From a virus, in the IMG/VR virus record IMGVR_UViG_3300013132_005385, positions 32,001 through 96,000 of that record: 64,000 bases of DNA, one strand, 5' to 3'. The position numbers and the translations under genes are program-made. The notes under the pieces are model-generated. The model was not told the origin of the DNA, made no database searches, and saw only the letters and a list, made by a program, of their open reading frames with translations. Positions 37,086-46,856 of this stretch are shown one piece after another. Within the stretch, counting starts at the first letter, position 1, and every line of letters starts with the position of its first letter.

Positions 37086-38678
37086 TTATAGTTTAACTTC
37101 TTCGGTTTCCCCGCCTCCTTCTTTCGGCTCTTCATCAGGTTTTTCCTCTTCCTTTTTCTCTTCCGCCCTTTTCTTATACCTTTCGTTTGCTAATCTGTCC
37201 TGATCATTCATACCCCAATACCTATCTAGAACATATTTCATACTGAAATAATTTGTTCCGTCCGCTTTTTTAAGACCCGCAATTTTAATAACTTGGTCCT
37301 TTCTCGCAGTCAGAAGCTCTATCTCTTTTTGCTTAGTGAATTGATTCTCTTTGACGTAATCAAGTCCAAACTCGCTTTTCAGAAGATAGTCTGATTTTAG
37401 CTCCGGATGATCCAAACAAAACTGAACCCAAACTGGCTTTACCAAAATGTCCTGAAATATGGATCTCAACCTATTTATGAATTTGCCGAATCTTATTTCT
37501 TCCTGATCTAATCCATCAGCACCTGAACTAAATGTTCCCATGCTATTCTGCTCGTTCTGATTAAATCTAGAGAATGGAATTTTAGAATCTAGTTTCAATT
37601 TATCCGAAAAATATTGAAGTGCTTTGGTGTCAGTAAAAGCAGTGGCATCACCAGATCCACCTAGGGGTTGTATATCCGGAGTTCCGTTCTGACTTGATGG
37701 CATCAGGTAATTTTTAAAAAACTGAATGTTTGGTCTACCATTCACAAATAATTCCCCAGAATCTGAATCCAATCTAATATCCTCCTTATAGATTGACATT
37801 AGCTCTCCAAGAGTCTGCTTAGCCTTCTGTGGTGATTTGGTTCCTATCGGAACCGTCATTGTCATTCTATATGATGAATTCATCACATTCCATATTACCC
37901 TCGTATGCTCCATTATTCTAAGAAGATTGAATGATCTAATCAATCTCTCAATATAACTTATACGAAGAGATGTTCCACTCCCTTTAGCGTAGCTTATATA
38001 GATTATTTGGGAATCATATAATTTTCGGCTCATTGATGGATTATCAGGAAATTGGATCCATGTTTCAACATAAGATCCGTCTTCTTGTCTCTCGGTTCCC
38101 TGCACCAGAGTAGACGGGTCTAATTCTTTGAATCCTATAATTTTTTTACCCTTAGAGTCAAAAATTATTTCAAATGATAGAATTCCCTCAATTAAAAATT
38201 TTCTGAATATGTGCCATGCAAAGATATCCTGATTAAATCCAAAAAGATTATAAATCTCTTTATATCTGTCGTTTATTTCCTCGCATATTTCATCCTTAAG
38301 GTCCTTGTGTTGCATGAAAGAAAAATAGGACCAGAAGTTTTTTTCATCATAAACTATGGATTCGTCGCAAATAGTATCCAGAATAAATTCTATCTCCGGG
38401 TTTGCTGCAAATCCCTGACAGTATGCTCTTTTTGATTTGAAATCTTTATCAAAATAAGCAATATATTGCTTGGAGGTTGAATCTGCCCTTCTTATTGTGT
38501 ATAAAAATCCCTGGTCGGTTATTCCACCACCTTTAAGAAATTGGGCTTCAGTAACACCTACCGCCTGTGAATTTTTAACAACAAGATCTCCATAAGCCAT
38601 TCCAAAAGAGCCTATCTTTTTGACGCTATTCATAATGGAGTTTATAAAATTACCTCTCTGATCTGTAAATCCTGCCAT
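37086..38678 (-). CDS. gp20: portal protein, copy A (T4 gp20-like)
   Basis: PEIEFILDTICDESIV, FRKFLIEG, ELDP, NLLRIMEHTRVIW, KIPFSRF, EEIRFGKFINRLRSIF. Confidence 0.85.
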   Translation of the reverse strand: MAGFTDQRGNFINSIMNSVKKIGSFGMAYGDLVVKNSQAVGVTEAQFLKGGGITDQGFLYTIRRADSTSKQYIAYFDKDFKSKRAYCQGFAANPEIEFILDTICDESIVYDEKNFWSYFSFMQHKDLKDEICEEINDRYKEIYNLFGFNQDIFAWHIFRKFLIEGILSFEIIFDSKGKKIIGFKELDPSTLVQGTERQEDGSYVETWIQFPDNPSMSRKLYDSQIIYISYAKGSGTSLRISYIERLIRSFNLLRIMEHTRVIWNVMNSSYRMTMTVPIGTKSPQKAKQTLGELMSIYKEDIRLDSDSGELFVNGRPNIQFFKNYLMPSSQNGTPDIQPLGGSGDATAFTDTKALQYFSDKLKLDSKIPFSRFNQNEQNSMGTFSSGADGLDQEEIRFGKFINRLRSIFQDILVKPVWVQFCLDHPELKSDYLLKSEFGLDYVKENQFTKQKEIELLTARKDQVIKIAGLKKADGTNYFSMKYVLDRYWGMNDQDRLANERYKKRAEEKKEEEKPDEEPKEGGGETEEVKL

Positions 38679-38680
38679 GC

Positions 38681-39265
38681 TTAGATCTTATACATTTTCT
38701 TATATATCTCCTCTAGTGTAGACCCGGATATAGATCTTGTATTAAGGTATACCATTTTGTGCCATTCTTGATACGGAACCTCATGAACGTTCCTTATTTT
38801 TTCTATTGAATATTTAGAATATGACTTCTTATAGTTTATCCCTGTCATTAAAGCCTCTAGATTTTTATACTCTATTTTTAATTGATCCTGTGATTTTATA
38901 CCCTCTTTCTCTTTCTGTAAATTTCCCTCTATTATAGAATTAAAAGATGAAAAAATTCTTAGGAAAAAATTTAAGCGGTCTAACGGGGGCATTAGAATAA
39001 TATCTAATCCTTCTATAGTGGGTTTGGAACTGGCCTTATCTCTACCTAAGAAAAAAACTAGTGGTCTTTTATTAACGAACTTCCCCTTTTCTGGATCTGA
39101 ATCATAATAAAATGTATATAGCTTCCCAGTCAGAAAAAGGCTGGGATTAAACTGGGATGGAGCTAAATATTTTTCTCCATATTCAAAAAAAGAATTTTCT
39201 GCCATTCCTGCAGGGGATTTCATTTGAATCCTGTATTTTTCGAAATCCTCTCTGAAATTGATCAT
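38681..39265 (-). CDS. gp2: DNA end protector (T4 gp2-like)
   Basis: GKLYTFYYD, PLV, GLD...PP..R, VP..EW; adjacent to gp4. Confidence 0.6.
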   Translation of the reverse strand: MINFREDFEKYRIQMKSPAGMAENSFFEYGEKYLAPSQFNPSLFLTGKLYTFYYDSDPEKGKFVNKRPLVFFLGRDKASSKPTIEGLDIILMPPLDRLNFFLRIFSSFNSIIEGNLQKEKEGIKSQDQLKIEYKNLEALMTGINYKKSYSKYSIEKIRNVHEVPYQEWHKMVYLNTRSISGSTLEEIYKKMYKI

Positions 39266-39747
39266 CCGAATAAGAAATTTTCATCAACAGCTCCGAATTT
39301 GTATCCTATAGATTCCGCATATCTCTTAGCAGCTTCCATTTTTGCCCTGTTAGTTATCCATACTTTCATTCTCTCGTTATATGCTCGGACCTTTTTTTCC
39401 GTAAGTGGACCTTTTATCTCCTCGGGTCTCTTATCTAAGGCATATTGATTCTCGGGTTTTATTTCTATAAACCAGTCTTCTTGTAAGTCGCCTTTTTGAA
39501 CCTTAATATAAAAGTCTATATGATAGTCGTGTTCCTTTTTATCTATTGGATTCCAATATTTAACCGAGGCTGGCTCAGAGCTCCATTTTAGAATTTCTGT
39601 CTTCAAATCGCAATATTGACAGAATTTTCTTTCCCAAGAGGATCGATAAATTATATTATTGATATCACCGATATATTTTTCGGGATTGACTGGAGAGTAT
39701 TTTCCGGATTTCCATTCACCAGAGGGCTTAAGCTTTTTAATGTCCAT
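39262..39747 (-). CDS. gp4: head completion nuclease (T4 gp4, TnsA-like)
   Basis: G.Y.P.NPEKYIGD...IIYRSSWERKF...CD...I.KWSSE, Y..DF, IEIKP, N.AK..AA. Confidence 0.88.
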   Translation of the reverse strand: MDIKKLKPSGEWKSGKYSPVNPEKYIGDINNIIYRSSWERKFCQYCDLKTEILKWSSEPASVKYWNPIDKKEHDYHIDFYIKVQKGDLQEDWFIEIKPENQYALDKRPEEIKGPLTEKKVRAYNERMKVWITNRAKMEAAKRYAESIGYKFGAVDENFLFG

Positions 39748-40103
39748 TATACGTTCATGTTAGAATCTTCTTCTCTCATGATTCTGGAAAAAGGAACTGC
39801 CTTTATCGATCTAGTGGAGTGTATTTTTTTCCATCCTTTTTGCATTCCATTTTTTGCTATCTGAGAAATAAAAGCGAATGAATTATCAGAAACTTCTGGA
39901 TTATATCTATTCCAATATTTCAGGAGATCCTCCATACCAAAGGATATGCAGTCTTCTCTATCTTCAGGATATTTATAAGATCTTGTCTTAGCCATGCCAT
40001 CCACGATTAACATGAACATTTTAATAGTTTCTGGTGTTAGTTCGCCTTTTTCTTTGCTCTCCTTTAGAGCTCTTTTAAGGTCTTTGTTTTTTACATATTC
40101 CAT
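39747..40103 (-). CDS. gp55: late-transcription sigma factor (T4 gp55-like), short
   Basis: YVKNKDL, REDCIS.G.E..LKY...YNPE.S.N.FAF.SQIA.N. Confidence 0.8.
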   Translation of the reverse strand: MEYVKNKDLKRALKESKEKGELTPETIKMFMLIVDGMAKTRSYKYPEDREDCISFGMEDLLKYWNRYNPEVSDNSFAFISQIAKNGMQKGWKKIHSTRSIKAVPFSRIMREEDSNMNV

Positions 40104-40173
40104 TAAGTGTCTGGGAATTATTTTTGGGAATTCTTATCCCCGGTTCTATATTTTCCCTAATAAATCATAATCT

Positions 40174-40200
40174 TTTTACCACTAGAATCATAGAAGTTTC
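40174..40200 (-). promoter_or_regulatory. putative ECF-sigma promoter GAAAC-N16-GTAAAA upstream of gp55
   Basis: Spacing identical to 12497-12523 and 54882-54908. Confidence 0.5.
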
Positions 40201-40240
40201 CAAAATCTTAAAAATATCAATTTATATTGGAATTAATTTA

Positions 40241-40280
40241 AAAAACAAATCCGCCTCTGAGACAGTCTCAGAAGCGGATC
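40241..40280 (-). terminator. rho-independent terminator
   Basis: atccgc.tctgagac-a-gtctcaga.gcggat stem followed by a T-rich tail on the minus strand. Confidence 0.7.
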
Positions 40281-40303
40281 TAATAATTTGGACGACTGGT
40301 ATT

Positions 40304-42613
40304 TTACTTTGAATTTTTCTTACCCGGAGCAGAAGATAGATTAGCTCTTTTTAGGTCCTCTGTGAATTTCTTCCCATTTTTCTTGGAATTTCCATGAGCT
40401 CCTGATAAATTAGCATTTTTTTCGTTCTCTATGTGTTTTTTTGGATCCTTTATACCTTTAGCTGCTGGAGCTTTTTCGATTGACTTGTTTTTTTGTCCTT
40501 CTGTTAAGGCTAAATTATGATCTTTTAAATCATCTATAAATTTTGAAGCAGATTTGATGCTGCTTTCTGGTGCTTTAGCTAATCCATGAATTCCAAGATC
40601 CTGTACAAATTTTGAACCGGCTTTACCTCCTGTTTTAGAAGGTGCCTGTGACAAATTTTGGTTTCCCAATCCTTTAGTTACCCCAATTTTACCTGTTTTT
40701 TTAACATAAGAAGCATTTGCAAGATTATGATTTTTTTCGTTGTCAGCAAATACCGGAGAAGCGGAAGCGCTTGTTCCTGGGGCTTTAGCCATCATTTTCT
40801 TGGAGTTTTTTTCGGTTTTTGTGTCCTTTTTACCTTTAAGACCTTTCCCCATAGGAGCAACTGCCATTTGAGTTAATCCTTCTGATGTTGCTTCCCCTTC
40901 TAAATCTGTATTAGAAACCTCATCGATTGCATTTTCTACGTCTCCGAAGAAATACTCACTAGTTGTTCCATTCTCCATCATTACAGTGTATGTCCTTGAA
41001 TTCCCATCAACACCTATTATTTTTCCCTTAGCTCCGTTTCTTAAAACCCTAACTTCAGTTTCTAAAGGATATCCTATATTTTCATTTACATCCTCTGAGA
41101 TCTCATTTTTAGATTTTTCAAATTTTTTGATCTCAAAGTTAATTTGGTTCCATCTTTGCTTTAGAGTTTCTGTTTCTTGTTCTATTGATTCTCTGATTGA
41201 TGCTAGCTCAACTGAATTTTTAAGAAGCGGGTTTTTCTGAATAGCGTTATCAATTTTTGCCATTTCTGCCTCTAGGACCTGTATATTATTAGAGATCTGA
41301 GTTCTGTCATTATACATTACGCTTCTGATTGCATCTTCTCTATCCAAAAATTCAGTTAGTGATTCTGAAATATCAAATCTGATAAATTCTTTTATAATGC
41401 TTGTAGCCTGTGTTGCATTTCCTTCATAAACCTTATTCAGTTTCATTGAAGGATTGCATGTTTGAACATATATTTTACCGCTAACCTTGAATATGTTAGC
41501 TTCAACACCTTCGTAAATTTTCGAAGCTATTTTCTTTCCAAAATCTATATCCATCAATTCTTCCGCTATTTTGGAGATCCCACTAATTTTATTAATGATT
41601 TGATTTGATCCCTCAAAAATTGTGTGCAGATTAAGACTTAAAGCCTTAGGAAGATCTGCCTCTTTTATGGAATTACCATTAAATAATACTTTTTTGTCAT
41701 CTCCCTCAAAAATAAAATCCACTCTGTTTTTTCCCGTAAAGCAAGATACCTTATTTTCTGATACTTTTACCATGGGATCATTGATAAGTTCTACTTTATT
41801 TAGAAATTCTGCTGGCAAAAGAGAAGCTTCTTTTTCAGATAAAACCCCCATTTCACTTTCAGTAACATAGAAGAATTTTCCTGATGTATGGAAAATACTT
41901 CTAGATTCTTCCACTAAGAGAGGAGAGTATATGTTTAGAATCTCTGACTGTGAATTATCAGATTTAACTTGCAATGAATTTTTTGATCTCGACTCATGTT
42001 CTCCAAGGAAATTAACCAAATTTCTTACTATCGGATTGAATCCCCATTTTTTAAGTCCGGAAGCTAAAACCATTGAGTCTCTATTCTCTGTAACTAACCA
42101 CTTAGACATAGATTCTGTTGCATCGCTGAAAAGCTCTCTTCCTGGAGCATTTTTAATGGCCTCATATGATTTAACAACCTCTATTTCTCTTCTTCTGTGC
42201 TCATATATTTTATTCAAATTTGCAAGTGCTGATTTGGCTGAATTCTCCCATTCAAACCCTTTAAGTTCTACTAAAACATTTTCGATTAAAAAAGCTTCCG
42301 AAATTCCCTTGTTAACTAAAAGGTTCTCGAATTTTTCAAGAATAATTCTAGCTGATGGTATTTCATAAAGAGAAGAATTCTTAAGAGCTAGCACTGTGCT
42401 GAGAACCCCAAAAGAATACACTTTCTTGTTGCTTTTTGGTTTTAATGACCCCGTGTTTACGGATTCGTTTATTTTTTTGTCTTCTATGTAAGATCCGCTA
42501 TTGGTAGATCTGTGGGAATTTGATCCTCCCCATTGCTGAGCTAATTTAGCAGCTGCAGCTTTTGATGCCTCCAATTGTATTTGCGAGATGTTGTTCGAAA
42601 AGTTTTGTTCCAT
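40304..42613 (-). CDS. large putative prohead core/internal protein
   Basis: More than 12 [ILVF]-x-E-[SGAN] sites, coiled coil, SH3-like GKIIGVDG...YTV, Lys-rich (N/G)L(A/S).AP repeats; GATATATA at 42631-42638. Confidence 0.5.
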   Translation of the reverse strand: MEQNFSNNISQIQLEASKAAAAKLAQQWGGSNSHRSTNSGSYIEDKKINESVNTGSLKPKSNKKVYSFGVLSTVLALKNSSLYEIPSARIILEKFENLLVNKGISEAFLIENVLVELKGFEWENSAKSALANLNKIYEHRRREIEVVKSYEAIKNAPGRELFSDATESMSKWLVTENRDSMVLASGLKKWGFNPIVRNLVNFLGEHESRSKNSLQVKSDNSQSEILNIYSPLLVEESRSIFHTSGKFFYVTESEMGVLSEKEASLLPAEFLNKVELINDPMVKVSENKVSCFTGKNRVDFIFEGDDKKVLFNGNSIKEADLPKALSLNLHTIFEGSNQIINKISGISKIAEELMDIDFGKKIASKIYEGVEANIFKVSGKIYVQTCNPSMKLNKVYEGNATQATSIIKEFIRFDISESLTEFLDREDAIRSVMYNDRTQISNNIQVLEAEMAKIDNAIQKNPLLKNSVELASIRESIEQETETLKQRWNQINFEIKKFEKSKNEISEDVNENIGYPLETEVRVLRNGAKGKIIGVDGNSRTYTVMMENGTTSEYFFGDVENAIDEVSNTDLEGEATSEGLTQMAVAPMGKGLKGKKDTKTEKNSKKMMAKAPGTSASASPVFADNEKNHNLANASYVKKTGKIGVTKGLGNQNLSQAPSKTGGKAGSKFVQDLGIHGLAKAPESSIKSASKFIDDLKDHNLALTEGQKNKSIEKAPAAKGIKDPKKHIENEKNANLSGAHGNSKKNGKKFTEDLKRANLSSAPGKKNSK

Positions 42614-42716
42614 TTTTTCGGATTTTTTAATATATATCTAAGATCTGTAAAGATTCCCATCATGCATTATGGAAATACATTCAATAGATCTTTTATTTTT
42701 ATAATTAGTCTAGCTT

Positions 42717-43946
42717 CTACCATGTATCCCCCGACCATTGGATACGCTTCCAGATTTGTTTTGGTGGATCATCATCTGTTAAAGTCCAAACAAATCCGTT
42801 GCTAATATTCATCACAGTGTTGGAAAACCCTAAATCATATCTATCTCCTCCTAGAGGAGTAACGCTAGTAATAGTAAGAGGACCTATAGAACCGGGAGGA
42901 TCATTTTGTGGACCGCTTATAGTCCAGCCGATTTCTGGAACTCTTTCAGTACTAGAGAACGGTATTGAGGTTAATCCACCAGCAATTCCTCCCCAAGCTC
43001 CTCCACTGTCTATTGTTATAGTACTATCATGCGAAACATAGTTTTCCGTGCAATAGTATATGTACCCGCTTGCTATAACGATCGTACCTTCTACATCACC
43101 CGGAGCTCCTACACTTGAAACTGGAACCGAGTTTCCATATTTCATTGATCCTCCGTCAGGAAAGATTAGAAAACCATCTGTGCTGAATATGAAATTGTTA
43201 TTATTGCTTGCAATAGTTACCGGCGGATTTGAGCCTTCTCCAATTTTAACATGACTATTTTCTCCGCCCAAGAACAATACAGCATTAGAGTCATCTTGAG
43301 TTCCCCCTGCACGGATATGAATGTGGGGAGGTTCCCCAATCGTTGGGTCTATAATGATATACTGATCGTTATTCTTTAATGAAGAATCAGGCACTAGTTC
43401 GATAGTACCGTTTTCGCTGCCGTCTCCACTTCCAGTACCGCCTCCAATAATAGAAATTCCATCGAATGTTATATCTCCTGTGTTTGCTCCTCCCCCCAAT
43501 ACTGAATTACCTTCACTATCTAAAATATCTCCGTTTGCTGGAAGAGTTAAATTACCATCCCTATCAAAAGACCATAATTTATCATTACTTTGTAAATTTA
43601 CCGATCCGCTGGCATCTATTAATATTTCATCGCTTTCATCGTTTTCCACATTTATATGAAGAACCATCTGTTCACCTTCAACAGGATAATATTTAATGCT
43701 AGCTGTATCTCCGCTTCCTCCGTTAGGATCCTTCGGAAATACGATTCCATTTGTACCAGTTCCAGATGTAGGATAAATCACTCTAGGAGCTGTTCCGGAT
43801 CCTCCAACAGTAAATTGTTTTCCGCCTTCAGTTACACCATCACCAATCTTTAATTCATTCGTTGGTGTAAGAAATAATGTTCCTTCAGAAAAAATGGTAT
43901 TCGAATCTCCGGAAATTTCACTGATATTTAATTTTCTAAATTTCAT
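42717..43946 (-). CDS. tail/head fibre protein (Mtd/hyaluronidase-type N-terminus)
   Basis: EG.L......ELKIGDGVTEGG, W.F...G.L.LP..G repeats, P.SS.G..GD..G......YIYYC, IWKRI.W..W. Confidence 0.6.
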   Translation of the reverse strand: MKFRKLNISEISGDSNTIFSEGTLFLTPTNELKIGDGVTEGGKQFTVGGSGTAPRVIYPTSGTGTNGIVFPKDPNGGSGDTASIKYYPVEGEQMVLHINVENDESDEILIDASGSVNLQSNDKLWSFDRDGNLTLPANGDILDSEGNSVLGGGANTGDITFDGISIIGGGTGSGDGSENGTIELVPDSSLKNNDQYIIIDPTIGEPPHIHIRAGGTQDDSNAVLFLGGENSHVKIGEGSNPPVTIASNNNNFIFSTDGFLIFPDGGSMKYGNSVPVSSVGAPGDVEGTIVIASGYIYYCTENYVSHDSTITIDSGGAWGGIAGGLTSIPFSSTERVPEIGWTISGPQNDPPGSIGPLTITSVTPLGGDRYDLGFSNTVMNISNGFVWTLTDDDPPKQIWKRIQWSGDTW

Positions 43947-43984
43947 ATTTGTTTATCTTTTATTATTTAACCTATGGCACACCG

Positions 43985-46255
43985 CTAAGCGGGGCGACTT
44001 CCTGTTTCTTGTCCATAGAACATGGTTGCTTTCCATTGAACCTTAATTAGATCCTCATAACCATCGATTCTCCATGCGGCTAGTTGACCTTCTCTCGGAT
44101 CGTCTGGATTTCTATAAGATTCCCAAAGAATAACAGAAGATGTATCGCTGCTTCCGGAAGTTGATTCAGAATGCGTGACGTTGAAATCTTCACCATCATT
44201 AGAAACGATGATATTTCCTACTATCGTTCCAGAATTCTCACTATACGCATGATAATCAATAACTGCCCCTCTGAAATTTCCAAATCCTCCAGGACTATCA
44301 TCCGGGTTAAACCAAACCTGTGGATCACCTCCTCTAGTGTATCTTATGGTTAAAGGATCTCCTTGAGTTATATCTAATACATTGGCTCCTTCGCCTGTCC
44401 GTACTTGAACATACCATCCTCCGGAATCCCCATAACCTGCAGCTCTCACCCCATTCCAACTATCTCCGGAATCCGAGCTAATAAATATATTTCTAACTCC
44501 GGGTTGATTGAATTCGGTAGCTTCTGTTTCATTATCTACTTCGAAATAAGCATAGGGCCCATCAGAATCGAATTTGGCGGTGGATCCTATTTCATAATTT
44601 ACAGATCGAGTCACTAAAACTTCTTTGTAACCATACCATTCTTCGATTCTTCTATGAAAAGGTCCTTTGAATTTTATATGATTATTAGCGGAAGTTTTTT
44701 GAAGAGTTCCATCAGCAAATCGTATTCCTTCATTTATTTTAGTTAAATCAATTTCAGTTCGTATGTAACTGAAAGCTCCACCTCCATCTCTTTGCCAATT
44801 TGTGAATTTAATTGTATAGTATTTACTAGTTGAAGGTACTTTCATTACTGCTTCGGCTCCATCTATCTTATTTCCAATTCCCCAATATCCTTGAGCAGCG
44901 AAGAAATTCGTATATTCTCGAGATTCAATATCACTAAGATCTTCATTTCCTTCGAAATTCCAAAGAGTTCCTCCAGGACTCACGTCCTCATCCCAAGAAC
45001 CTTCGTCATAGGGGTTGTAAATTGCTTTTGAAGAATCTCTGGTTATAGCAATTACTCCAGGTTCGATTTCGTCTATTTCGCTTCCGTCAGTTGTGTGAAC
45101 AAACATAATATCCGGATCGATTTGTTGTCTGGTATAATTGAATCCTCCTCCATTTCCTTGTCCGGTCCATTGGTTAAATTTAATAGCCCAATATTTGTCG
45201 TTGATTTCATCGTACATGACCCATTCAGTGCCTACTATGTATTGACCAACGTTCCCAACAAAAGCCTCAACCCAATTTTTGTAGATTCTGCTCTTTATAT
45301 TTGTTAGATCTGCCCAACCATCGATATTCCATTTAGTTCCTTTAGGGCTTAAATATCCACTAACTGGTAAATTATCATTCCATCCCGCTTCCAGTTCAGT
45401 ATTAAATATTCCTTGATTTGAACCTCGGCTGATGCTTAGACCTGCATCTATCACATCATTCACGAAGAAAGGATCGGAATAACCCGGTTTTGTAAAAGTA
45501 ACTAACTCTCCGATATCTTCTCCTGTAACTCCATCTACTTGTTGTCGAGTATAAGCAAAAGGAGCACCAGAATTAGCATTACCCCATTGAGTGAAATCTA
45601 TTTTGTAGTATTTGTTGTTAGCTTCATCTTTCATAATGAAGTTTGGCGCAAGAACATTATTTCCTAAAGATCCCCCGACTGCATCGTAAAATGTTTCGTA
45701 CTCTCTAGCATTAAGATTTGTTAGATCTCCCCATCCTTCTGTATTCCATCCTGTATTTTTTGGGCTCTTATGAAGTTCAAAATCATTATCGTTACCATCC
45801 CATTCAGGCTCTAATTCTGGATTGTATATTCCTTGATTTTCGCCTCTAGTGATAGAAATATCCGTATCAATCGAATCAACTTCATCTCCGTAATTTGTTT
45901 TGGTGAAATTGACAGGCTCTCCTATGAAAAAATTGATGGTTGTGGCATCGTTGGTAAGTTCAAGGTTTGTTATCGTTGTAGATCCTTCTCCTCCAGATCC
46001 GGTAGGTCCTTGTGGACCGGTAGCTCCTAGATCCCCTTGTGGACCGGTAGCTCCTAGATCCCCTTGTGGACCGGTAGCTCCTAGATCACCTTGTGGACCC
46101 GTTGATCCTTGTGGACCTGTTGGACCAGAAGAAATTTCCGTTATAAATAGATTCCCGGGAAATTTTTTGGTGATCCCCTCCTGTGATCCTAAAATGTAAT
46201 CCCCCGGTCCTAAAGTTGATGCTGGGGGAAATTCCGTTATTTTTCTTTTTGCCAT
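43985..46255 (-). CDS. fibre protein: short collagen plus three tandem ~130-140-aa domains
   Basis: KITEFP N-terminus; GPQGDLGAT repeats; three copies of ITR...IYN....W....SP..T.WN..G..DL...R.Y..F...KY..I.F..W....G..F.Y.R. Confidence 0.6.
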   Translation of the reverse strand: MAKRKITEFPPASTLGPGDYILGSQEGITKKFPGNLFITEISSGPTGPQGSTGPQGDLGATGPQGDLGATGPQGDLGATGPQGPTGSGGEGSTTITNLELTNDATTINFFIGEPVNFTKTNYGDEVDSIDTDISITRGENQGIYNPELEPEWDGNDNDFELHKSPKNTGWNTEGWGDLTNLNAREYETFYDAVGGSLGNNVLAPNFIMKDEANNKYYKIDFTQWGNANSGAPFAYTRQQVDGVTGEDIGELVTFTKPGYSDPFFVNDVIDAGLSISRGSNQGIFNTELEAGWNDNLPVSGYLSPKGTKWNIDGWADLTNIKSRIYKNWVEAFVGNVGQYIVGTEWVMYDEINDKYWAIKFNQWTGQGNGGGFNYTRQQIDPDIMFVHTTDGSEIDEIEPGVIAITRDSSKAIYNPYDEGSWDEDVSPGGTLWNFEGNEDLSDIESREYTNFFAAQGYWGIGNKIDGAEAVMKVPSTSKYYTIKFTNWQRDGGGAFSYIRTEIDLTKINEGIRFADGTLQKTSANNHIKFKGPFHRRIEEWYGYKEVLVTRSVNYEIGSTAKFDSDGPYAYFEVDNETEATEFNQPGVRNIFISSDSGDSWNGVRAAGYGDSGGWYVQVRTGEGANVLDITQGDPLTIRYTRGGDPQVWFNPDDSPGGFGNFRGAVIDYHAYSENSGTIVGNIIVSNDGEDFNVTHSESTSGSSDTSSVILWESYRNPDDPREGQLAAWRIDGYEDLIKVQWKATMFYGQETGSRPA
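46000..46126 (-). repeat. 27-bp collagen repeat (GPQGDLGAT)
   Basis: ccttgtggaccggtagctcctagat repeated three times. Confidence 0.85.
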
Positions 46256-46265
46256 TTTTTTAATT

Positions 46266-46856
46266 TTATTCGAAATCTATATAGTATCCATTTTCCGATG
46301 TAATAAAATAGCCATCCTCTGAAGTGATATAGTCACTGTTAGATGGAGTTACCGTGTTTGGAGGATTGGATCCTATTATAACTTGTATATTTATCCTTAC
46401 CGTTTGGGGATTATATAGAAGCATTCCGCCCTGTTCAAAATAAGGAGAGGATATGCCACTTCCGTCCGGAGATATGTCCCACCCCCTGCCCGGAGCATCA
46501 GAAGCTGGATTTCCTGTTAATACCATAATATCACCCATGGGAAGCGTTCTCCCCTGGTTTATAAAATTAATAAACCTTAGAGACGGATCTAATGATGTGG
46601 GATATGATGCCTTTATTATTATGAGCTTTACTTCTCCGTTTATATCTATTCCCTCCGGATTTAAAAGAAATGATAGTCCAGGTTCAAGGCAAGTGCTAAA
46701 GGCTGAAAAATCATCTATCGAAATTCCAAAATCGCAAAGACTAAACGTGGATTTTACTGTTGTTCCCTCGAGCATTTTAATCTCGCACCTGTCCATGACT
46801 ATTCCCTGGAAGGTATTATAAACACTCGAAGAGCAAACTAGTGGAGGAGTAGCCAT
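46266..46856 (-). CDS. putative virion structural protein (paralog of 46856..47428)
   Basis: SLCD, G.V..II.K..YP.SL....R.I.F...G, MVL.G, GWD, GG.LL.NP shared; C-terminal ITSEDG.FITSENG. Confidence 0.55.
   Translation of the reverse strand: MATPPLVCSSSVYNTFQGIVMDRCEIKMLEGTTVKSTFSLCDFGISIDDFSAFSTCLEPGLSFLLNPEGIDINGEVKLIIIKASYPTSLDPSLRFINFINQGRTLPMGDIMVLTGNPASDAPGRGWDISPDGSGISSPYFEQGGMLLYNPQTVRINIQVIIGSNPPNTVTPSNSDYITSEDGYFITSENGYYIDFE

Noticed and set aside
40104-40303. tRNA or structured ncRNA in the largest intergenic gap
   Set aside because: No cloverleaf or T-loop motif; explained by a terminator plus a promoter
28740-46255. Diversity-generating retroelement acting on the fibres (Mtd-like N-terminus at 43946)
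   Set aside because: No reverse transcriptase and no TR/VR pair differing at adenines seen in this window
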